Below, one piece after another: positions 57,637 to 64,000 of a DNA stretch of 64,000 nt (the stretch's first letter is position 1; each line of letters begins with the position of its first letter). A model generated the notes under the pieces. The model saw nothing but the letters and a program-made list of their open reading frames with translations. It had not been told where the DNA came from and did no database searches. Location: positions 929 to 64,928 of the forward strand of contig CAYMAZ010000016.1 in assembly GCA_964388575.1 (NCBI GenBank), written 5' to 3'. The position numbers were made by a program, and so were the translations under genes. The stretch comes from an uncultured Bacteroidales bacterium (lineage in GTDB: Bacteria > Bacteroidota > Bacteroidia > Bacteroidales > DTU049).

Positions 57637-58182
57637 TTAGACCAATCTGTCCGGATTCTGAGATAAAAAGGCGTTCCAGTCCTTATAGCTGCCTGAATCT
57701 TTAGGAATTTTATTCTGAAAACCGTGACATACAGCAGCCGCAACAGCATCACTGGCATCAAGCATCTGACTGCCGAAGTCAAAGCCATACATGTTTTTCA
57801 GCATTCCGGCAACCTGTTCCTTCGAAGCATTTCCGTTTCCTGTTACAGATTGTTTTATTTTTTTCGGACTGTATTCAAATACCGGCAACTGCCTTGCAAG
57901 TGCAGCGGCAATTGCAACGCCCTGTGCCCGGCCCAGTTTAAGCATGGACTGTACATTTTTTGCATAAAACGGACTTTCAATGCTCAATTCATCCGGATGA
58001 TACTTGTCAATGAGTTCTGTGACAAAAGTATATATTTTGCCAAGTTTTATATAAACGTCTTTTGTTTTGACCAAAGATAAAATACCGCAATCAATAATCT
58101 CAATTTTCGTATTTTTGCTGCATATCAACCCATAACCAAGGATGTTTGTCCCGGGATCTATGCCAAGAATGATCTTTTCCAA
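57637..58182 (-). CDS. ruvC: Holliday junction resolvase RuvC
   Basis: 181 aa with ILGIDPGT and DASDAVAAAVCH. It has an apparent TTG start. Confidence 0.9.
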   Translation of the reverse strand: MEKIILGIDPGTNILGYGLICSKNTKIEIIDCGILSLVKTKDVYIKLGKIYTFVTELIDKYHPDELSIESPFYAKNVQSMLKLGRAQGVAIAAALARQLPVFEYSPKKIKQSVTGNGNASKEQVAGMLKNMYGFDFGSQMLDASDAVAAAVCHGFQNKIPKDSGSYKDWNAFLSQNPDRLV

Positions 58183-58191
58183 TTCACGTCA

Positions 58192-59217
58192 ATGTTTAAC
58201 TCCATGACCACAAAGTTAAAGGTTTTTTTCAACTATTTGATCAGAATTACTATATTCGGTGTTTCAATGGTGTTTCTTTATATTCAGTTTGACCGGAAAA
58301 TCACTTCAGGGGGCTTTCTGACAGAACTGAAACAAACTGAATTGCATGATCAATTCTATTTTTTTCTATTTGGCATTTTTCTGTTGATGTTTCTAAACTG
58401 GGGGCTGGAGATTTTCAAGTGGAATCTTCTGACAAAACATTTTGCCAAGTTGTCAATGATGAAGTGCATAAAAGGCGTTATTTCAGGAATTACAATCAGT
58501 ATGTTTCTGCCCAACAGAATAGGGGATGTGGCAGGAAAAATCCTCTGGCTTGAGTCCGGGTTCAGATGGAAGGGGTTTTTTGCCAATATTTATGCGTCTT
58601 TGGGACAGATTATTGCAACGCTTTTTGTGTCTTTAATGTCCCTCATTATCCTGAATCAGGACAATTTCGACGACAAACTCATAATTATCAATGGGTCAAC
58701 ATTGATTACACTGGCAGGATTAAGCCTTGCAATTGCGTTATTTGCTTTTTTTTACCTTGGATGGATCAGTAAAGTATTTTCACAAATCAAGAATAAATGG
58801 GCTGTCAGGATTTTACAAAATTCACATATTCTTGCATTATTCTCTCTCAAAACAAAATTAATTGTTATAATGCTCAGCATTGTCCGTTTTCTTGTTTACA
58901 CTTTTCAATTTTATCTTTTCCTTGTTGCTTTTGGAGTTCATATTTCAATTACGGAAGGTATGATGATCATTTCAATTGTATATCTGCTGATCACTATTGT
59001 TCCTCAGTTTGCTATTGCGGAAATTGCTACACGCGGGGCAATTACAGTTTTTGTGTTCAATATTTTTCTGATTTCAGAGAATTGGTTTGCTTCAGACAAA
59101 GAAACAATTCTTCTTCTGACCTCAACATCCTTATGGCTTATCAACCTTTTTATTCCTGCCATGGCCGGATTGACAATGCTTCCCAATCTGAAAAGATTAA
59201 ATCTTGTTAAATCATGA
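58192..59217 (+). CDS. Flippase-like / LPG-synthase-TM-domain membrane protein
   Basis: 341 aa with about 8 TM segments and the pattern LPNRIGDVAGK. It overlaps the downstream GT2 gene by 4 nt. Confidence 0.6.
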   Translation: MFNSMTTKLKVFFNYLIRITIFGVSMVFLYIQFDRKITSGGFLTELKQTELHDQFYFFLFGIFLLMFLNWGLEIFKWNLLTKHFAKLSMMKCIKGVISGITISMFLPNRIGDVAGKILWLESGFRWKGFFANIYASLGQIIATLFVSLMSLIILNQDNFDDKLIIINGSTLITLAGLSLAIALFAFFYLGWISKVFSQIKNKWAVRILQNSHILALFSLKTKLIVIMLSIVRFLVYTFQFYLFLVAFGVHISITEGMMIISIVYLLITIVPQFAIAEIATRGAITVFVFNIFLISENWFASDKETILLLTSTSLWLINLFIPAMAGLTMLPNLKRLNLVKS

Positions 59218-60353
59218 TCTGGTTAATGGTAGTTTCTTTTTTCTTTCTGAGCAATTACATTTTGCTCATCATTCTGCTGATTTCAGGTTTGAAAAAATTA
59301 CAAATCCCGAAAAAATCAGAAAATAAGCCTGTCAATGTGAGTATTGTAATCCCGTTTCGTGATGAACAAGCAAATCTTCCGGCTTTACTTGATTCTCTTG
59401 GGAAACTGAACGTTTCGGATAAAGTTGTTGAGGTTGTTTTCGTAAATGATCATTCATCAGATGGTAGTGAGATCTTGATCAGACATTTTACGATGAGAGC
59501 AACAAACATGACTGTTCAGCTCATTAATCTGTCTGAATTACCGAATCTGTCAGGGAAGAAGGATGCTCAGAAAGCAGGAGTTGATGCTGCAACTCATGAC
59601 AATATTTTATTTACTGATGCTGACTGCATATTCAGACCTGATTGGATTAGTTCGATGATGCGAAATGCAGAAAATGAAGTTCTGATGGTGTGCGGTTTTG
59701 TGGAATTCATCAGAAAGCCAGGTTTCTTGCAGTGGTTTTTTTACACTGAGTTCATGTCCCTTGTTTTGACCTCTGCCGGAGCTTTCGGAATTCAAAGACC
59801 GGTTTTCTGCAATGGTGCGAATATGCTTATGCAAAAAAAAATATTTTTAAGCCTTTATCACAAAATTGGAGGAAAAAGATTCGCTTCAGGAGATGATGTT
59901 TTTTTATTGCATTCTGTAATTTCAGAATATGGTAATCATGCTGCTGTTTTTGCCTTTTCAGGGGACTGCCGTGTGCAAACCAAACCACCTGAAAAATTTA
60001 TTGAATTTTTAAATCAGCGAATCCGGTGGGCATCCAAAACCTCATCATATCGTGATGGATTTTCTGTTTATATGGCATTAACAGTTTTTCTGTTCTGTTT
60101 ATCAATACCTCTGATGTTTGCTGCTTCAATCATATATTCAAAATTATTACCTGTTGCAATTCTGATATTGACTGTAAAAGTAATACTTGACGCGACTTTT
60201 TTCTATTCCGGAAAATCGATTCACAAAGTGAATATCCTGCATATGATAAGTATTCCTTTTCAAATCATATATGTCCCGTATATTGTTCTGACAGCAATTT
60301 TGTCATTTATTTTGCCCGGAAAATGGAAGGATAGAAGAATTATTCGCAGATGA
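59214..60353 (+). CDS. Family 2 glycosyltransferase (membrane-bound)
   Basis: 379 aa with VSIVIPFRDE, TDADC, and QRIRWA motifs, plus C-terminal TM segments. Confidence 0.85.
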   Translation: MIWLMVVSFFFLSNYILLIILLISGLKKLQIPKKSENKPVNVSIVIPFRDEQANLPALLDSLGKLNVSDKVVEVVFVNDHSSDGSEILIRHFTMRATNMTVQLINLSELPNLSGKKDAQKAGVDAATHDNILFTDADCIFRPDWISSMMRNAENEVLMVCGFVEFIRKPGFLQWFFYTEFMSLVLTSAGAFGIQRPVFCNGANMLMQKKIFLSLYHKIGGKRFASGDDVFLLHSVISEYGNHAAVFAFSGDCRVQTKPPEKFIEFLNQRIRWASKTSSYRDGFSVYMALTVFLFCLSIPLMFAASIIYSKLLPVAILILTVKVILDATFFYSGKSIHKVNILHMISIPFQIIYVPYIVLTAILSFILPGKWKDRRIIRR

Positions 60354-60360
60354 TTGTTGA

Positions 60361-60432
60361 GCGGCAAACGGGATTCGAACCCGCGACCCTCAGCTTGGGA
60401 AGCTGATGCTCTACCGACTGAGCTACTGCCGC
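60361..60432 (-). tRNA. tRNA-Gly (anticodon CCC)
   Basis: The reverse complement (GCGGCAGTAGCTCAGTCGGTAGAGCATCAGCTTCCCAAGCTGAGGGTCGCGGGTTCGAATCCCGTTTGCCGC) folds into a full cloverleaf with a 7-bp acceptor stem, GCTC/GAGC D stem, TCAGC/GCTGA anticodon stem, TTCCCAA loop, and GTTCGAATC T loop. CCA is not encoded. Confidence 0.92.
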
Positions 60433-60764
60433 TTATTGTGTTTCAGGGCTTGTGTTTTGATTGTGCCTAACAATTCGCCTAACAACTAAAAATCCTATGC
60501 ACCCTGATCTTTAGGCAAAAGTACAAACAAATTAATTCAATGCAAAAAAATGAAATTTATTGAATAAAATTATTTCATAAAATATTAAAGTATCATTAGT
60601 AATCGGTTTAATATAAAAGATTTAAAAAGAACAGCATTAAAATAACAAAGTATATGCATATAAAAACCATAACTCGATTTTACATAAGATAAGAGAATCT
60701 ATTTTTAAAATACAGAAGAATTGTTTTCATGGAGATATGGGGTTTAATATTAAAAAAAAAAATA

Positions 60765-62438
60765 TTATTTGATTTTCCCAGCAAGATCAGCGCCTGCCCT
60801 GTATCGTTTTGGTTTATTGGGACACAGATAATCGGCTTTGTCCGGTGGGTTTGTTGACAGAAACATTTCCAAAGTCCGGGATGACCAATTGGATTGAGGA
60901 ATCTGAAAATACTCCTGCCTCTTTTTGAGTTTTCTGACAAGAACATTGAATGTGTCTGAATTTTTTAAGACTGTTTTATTAGAGATGATATGAGCCGGAG
61001 ACAAATAAACCACCTTCGAGGCATCAGGGCAATTGAAGTCAATGACATCGAGGAGGATGTCATCATAGGTGAAAATCAGAGAGTAATCACGGCCCGGAAT
61101 CAAGTTATTACAATAGAACATGTTTGCATCATTCTTTTGAGCTTCTTTGATGGGTGTGCCGTCTCCGGAAGTAATCTCACACTTGAAATACTGTTCATCT
61201 ATTTCATAAGTTTGAGAATTGAGGGGAAATTCATCCGTTGGTTTCGGGTGATCAGGTTGAGTCCAGTATGTGATGAAATCTGAGAACAATTCATCAAAAG
61301 AGCCGCAACATCCACATTCTTCAGATTTGAGGACAAAGGATGCCGGGTGAGTATAATTGCATTTGAACAGTTGTTCAAAAAAGTGAAAATTTGTACCCTC
61401 AAAAGACAGGTTGATGTATAATCTGTTGAATTTGCTGATCTGCTGGTTTTCCTTGTTGAGGATATAATACAACATGACAGCCCCACCGCCTCTGTTTTGT
61501 TCGTTGACGTTGTAAACATATCGTGTTTCATTCAGCTGCCATAACACAGGATCTGAGATTGAGTGAGTTTGATTGGTCAATGCGAGGATCCAGAAAACAA
61601 GTGTGCAGTCAACGAATGCTTCAGGATCATATAATTCCCTTTCCATTTCAAAAGTGAGCCTCCACATGTCACCGGTATTTTCATATTCCCAGATGAGGGC
61701 CTGAACCGGAATCAGATCTTCGGGGATGTCATTGTTGAAAGGTTCAATGATGGGCTTCGGAATAAAAGAAAGGGGTTCAGATAAGTTGCTGTTGATGTTG
61801 AAAGTCTGATCCGGGGTTTCGTTGTTCATTGCAGAAAGCCAAAACCACCCATGCATCCAGAAGCTGAGCACATCGCTTATTGCTTCCAGATTGATGATGT
61901 CTGAATAGAATTTCCCTGCAGGAAAGTATCTTGCCGGATGACGGATGTCAAACTCATGGCGCTCTTCAATGGTTTTATATTTGCCCAGGGCCGTTGCCAC
62001 CATGAAAGGGAATTGCTGAGCAGCTGCGGGATGAGAGAAAAATGAATACTCCAGTCTGATCTGGTCAATGAAAGGGTCATAGCTGAGCGTTTTGATCTGT
62101 ACAGCCGGAAATTTGGGATTTCCGAGTCTGAGCTTGTCAAGAGAAAAGCAACATTCCTGAGTCATTGCCGGCATGTTGTCTTTGATTGCCTTAGCCCAGG
62201 GTGTTGATTCGGGGCAAATATTTTCATTGAGCATGCGGATGAAGGGTTGGTTTATTGGTCTGAGGAACTGGAGTAATGCCAACATCCGATCACGCTGTGT
62301 ACGCTGAGATGTTGTTTTTGCATCACTGATATCGGGTTGATATGAGCGGGCCGTGAACAGGTCACGCCACTTTGCAAAGACAACATTACCGAGTTTGCCG
62401 GAAGCGTTGCCGAGAAATCCATTTTTAAGTCGTGCCAT
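60765..62438 (-). CDS. Hypothetical protein (557 aa) with an N-terminal module paralogous to the upstream 214-aa protein
   Basis: The start is trimmed to the ATG at 62438 (MARLKNGFLGNASGKLGNVVFAKWRDLFTARSYQPD...). It has no signal peptide and no motif I recognise. Confidence 0.65.
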   Translation of the reverse strand: MARLKNGFLGNASGKLGNVVFAKWRDLFTARSYQPDISDAKTTSQRTQRDRMLALLQFLRPINQPFIRMLNENICPESTPWAKAIKDNMPAMTQECCFSLDKLRLGNPKFPAVQIKTLSYDPFIDQIRLEYSFFSHPAAAQQFPFMVATALGKYKTIEERHEFDIRHPARYFPAGKFYSDIINLEAISDVLSFWMHGWFWLSAMNNETPDQTFNINSNLSEPLSFIPKPIIEPFNNDIPEDLIPVQALIWEYENTGDMWRLTFEMERELYDPEAFVDCTLVFWILALTNQTHSISDPVLWQLNETRYVYNVNEQNRGGGAVMLYYILNKENQQISKFNRLYINLSFEGTNFHFFEQLFKCNYTHPASFVLKSEECGCCGSFDELFSDFITYWTQPDHPKPTDEFPLNSQTYEIDEQYFKCEITSGDGTPIKEAQKNDANMFYCNNLIPGRDYSLIFTYDDILLDVIDFNCPDASKVVYLSPAHIISNKTVLKNSDTFNVLVRKLKKRQEYFQIPQSNWSSRTLEMFLSTNPPDKADYLCPNKPKRYRAGADLAGKIK

Positions 62439-62469
62439 ATTATTACAATTTTGAGTTATTAAATCATTT

Positions 62470-62507
62470 AAAAAAAAGAAGCTGCCGGAATGAACAGACA
62501 GCTTCCA
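62470..62507 (-). terminator. Rho-independent terminator after the 214-aa gene
   Basis: The minus strand reads GGAAGCTG, a 14-nt loop, CAGCTTC, then T x 8. It lies between the stop at 62539 and the next ATG at 62438. Confidence 0.55.
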
Positions 62508-62538
62508 AAGAGACAAACAAACAGAACAGAGCCCGGTA

Positions 62539-63183
62539 TTATGCAATGACAGTTACAGAACCAACGAAAGAACTGTTCGCCACGGCATTTGTTTCATCCT
62601 TGAAGAATGACAGATACACATGAACGGAGTCACCGATCCATGAAGCAGGAACAGTGATTTCGATTAATTCATCGCCCCTGGTCTTGGAGATGGTGTCGGT
62701 TTTGACGGCTTTTTTGTCGTAGTTGATGATCAGTACCAATGCGTTGTCGGTTTCTTCAGCATCGCCGTTTCCTGAGTTGTCGATCCAGTCAATGGCGATC
62801 TTGTTTCCGGTTTCGGCTGTAGCTTCGGGAGTGTCAGCACCCATGAGGGTACCTTTTGCGACGATGAGCTTTGTGAAGTCGATTGAGTAGTTGGGATATG
62901 TGCCTGTGATCACTGTCTTGATGTTTGACTTCATGAAGACATTGAACTGGGACATTCCGATGGCGACCTGTTTGAATCCGAGACGGATAAAAGACAGGAA
63001 CATCCTGGACAATTCGACCATGAGAGAGAATTTAGACCTTTGCTGCTTCTGCAGTAGGGTTCTGGGGTTAGCGACCTCAACGGGTTTAGATCGCATGGTG
63101 TTTTTTCCAAACTGTTTGGAAAATACGGCAGTTGCGAATTTCTTTTTGGTTCTGCCGGTGACGGGGTTTTGGACTATAGCCAT
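62539..63183 (-). CDS. Hypothetical protein (214 aa) with a basic N-terminal arm and a beta-rich C-terminal domain
   Basis: MAIVQNPVTGRTKKKFATAVFSKQFGKNTMRSKPVEVANPRTLLQKQQRSKF... It is preceded by AAGGAGGAATC before the ATG, a strong SD that is unusual in this window. It has no signal peptide. Confidence 0.7.
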   Translation of the reverse strand: MAIVQNPVTGRTKKKFATAVFSKQFGKNTMRSKPVEVANPRTLLQKQQRSKFSLMVELSRMFLSFIRLGFKQVAIGMSQFNVFMKSNIKTVITGTYPNYSIDFTKLIVAKGTLMGADTPEATAETGNKIAIDWIDNSGNGDAEETDNALVLIINYDKKAVKTDTISKTRGDELIEITVPASWIGDSVHVYLSFFKDETNAVANSSFVGSVTVIA

Positions 63184-63267
63184 GATTCCTCCTTTTTTAG
63201 GTTAATGAATGATATTTGGGGTTGGTTAGCTTCGGTTGCGGACATGATTTTTTTCATTTTAAGCGGC

Positions 63268-63300
63268 CTTGATACGGACTTGATACGGAGTTGATGTGGA
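63268..63300. repeat. Three tandem 11-bp direct repeats (CTTGATACGGA x2, then GTTGATGTGGA)
   Basis: Read directly from the sequence. They lie in the 124-bp spacer upstream of the 214-aa gene. Confidence 0.85.
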
Positions 63301-63307
63301 ATAATTT

Positions 63308-63523
63308 TTACCTTGATGCTTTCTTTGAGTTGAACCATTCAGGGAATTTTTTCTTGAGGATGTTGATGATGATTGCAGCGAGGATCCCTCCCAGGATGCT
63401 GACAAGATACTTAACTAATTCTTCAATGGACCCGAACTGGATGGGGTCAATGTCTTTGAAGGCTGATGCAGTACCAGCGGTTGTGACTGAGCCGATGATG
63501 AAGTTGAGGATGTTGTTGAACAT
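63308..63523 (-). CDS. Small two-TM membrane protein with a basic C-terminal tail (holin-like architecture)
   Basis: 71 aa with hydrophobic segments ILNFIIGSVTTAGTA and LVSILGGILAAIIINIL and the tail KKKFPEWFNSKKASR. The competing antisense ORF at 63291-63533 looks less protein-like. Confidence 0.45.
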   Translation of the reverse strand: MFNNILNFIIGSVTTAGTASAFKDIDPIQFGSIEELVKYLVSILGGILAAIIINILKKKFPEWFNSKKASR

Positions 63524-63614
63524 GATGACCTGATTTTATGATTTAATACAAAAGTACTTCAATATCAGGCGTTTTCAAAGGATTTGCAGCCGAAAAGCCC
63601 GTTTACAGTACATT

Positions 63615-63827
63615 ATGTCAGATTTTGCTTCGTATTGCCTCGACAATGCTGAGGATTTGTGGGCATGGAATGAGCCGGAAAGATCAAAAATGAGATTGCA
63701 ACACCTGAAAGAACAAAAAACCACATCAATCAACCCTTATGCGCCAAAAAAAGGTGAGCGATGGGTGAATTGCAAGGTTTTTGACAAAAAAAATACTACC
63801 CTGCAGAATCATCATGCACCAGAATAA
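63615..63827 (+). CDS. Hypothetical protein (70 aa)
   Basis: This is an open frame only, divergent from the 71-aa gene. I see no motif. Confidence 0.25.
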   Translation: MSDFASYCLDNAEDLWAWNEPERSKMRLQHLKEQKTTSINPYAPKKGERWVNCKVFDKKNTTLQNHHAPE

Positions 63828-64000
63828 CGCCGGGGGCTGGAGATTTTTTTTGCAAAACCAGGAGGGCTTGACCTTGCAAGAAGGAAATCGCTCTTAACTT
63901 TGCAGAAGGGGTGATTGATGATTAGAGAGAACCAAAGTATGCAGTATTAATGACTCGATATTTTTTGTTTTATATCTTCAAGCTACAGGGAATTACTATT

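Noticed and set aside
60752-60762. A(11) run as a second phase-variation tract
   Set aside because: It lies just outside the 557-aa coding region, 3' of the stop at 60765-60767, in very AT-rich DNA where such runs are expected.
60361-60764. tRNA-Gly as the integration site (attB) of the downstream unknown-gene block
   Set aside because: The tRNA is on the minus strand, so its 3' end faces the GT2 gene, not the block. I saw no second copy of the tRNA 3' segment (GGATTCGAACC...) and no integrase in the visible part. Adjacency alone is not evidence.

Overview
This is a 64 kb stretch of an AT-rich chromosome that looks like Bacteroidota. The signs are many secreted proteins ending in T9SS (type IX secretion) C-terminal sorting domains, TAnnTTTG-type -7 promoter boxes, mostly Shine-Dalgarno-free starts, a fused E1 alpha/beta dehydrogenase, and the DUF4271 / HemD-like / rnpA neighbourhood. 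I call about 57 CDS (including two tentative ~30-codon sORFs) and one tRNA-Gly(CCC).

Most of the window is housekeeping backbone:
- TetR-TolC-MFP-RND efflux operon, mutS, an MFS transporter, and a TonB-dependent receptor with a partner lipoprotein
- purE, hpt, adk, obg, a TrmH-like methyltransferase, lptB, recQ, skp-like, rnpA
- two lgt copies, DUF368, a ComA-like synthase, greA, HIT, ruvC, and a GT2 glycosyltransferase

Three accessory patches stand out:
1. 6.3-9.4 kb: a large T9SS cargo protein with a somatomedin-B-like cysteine knot and duplicated modules.
2. 29.4-37.9 kb: an AT-rich minus-strand gene string. It runs tail-fibre-like SprB-repeat protein, small beta-barrel, S8 protease, sORF, small beta-barrel, unknown cargo, sORF.
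   - The tail-fibre-like gene has an 11-nt poly-C tract in its signal-peptide codons, a candidate phase switch.
   - A roughly 340-bp 3' cassette is duplicated downstream of the two cargo genes.
   - The upstream region is dense with repeats, including a 21-bp tandem array.
3. 60.4-64 kb, next to the tRNA: unknown genes whose two main products share a basic N-terminal module, with unusually strong expression signals.

Other oddities are a triplicated adenylate kinase (one gene is a fused di-domain whose second half has the NMP-site Arg replaced by Gly), tandem lgt paralogues, and a terminator-like hairpin in the greA leader. All functional calls come from motif recognition by eye. No database search was run.
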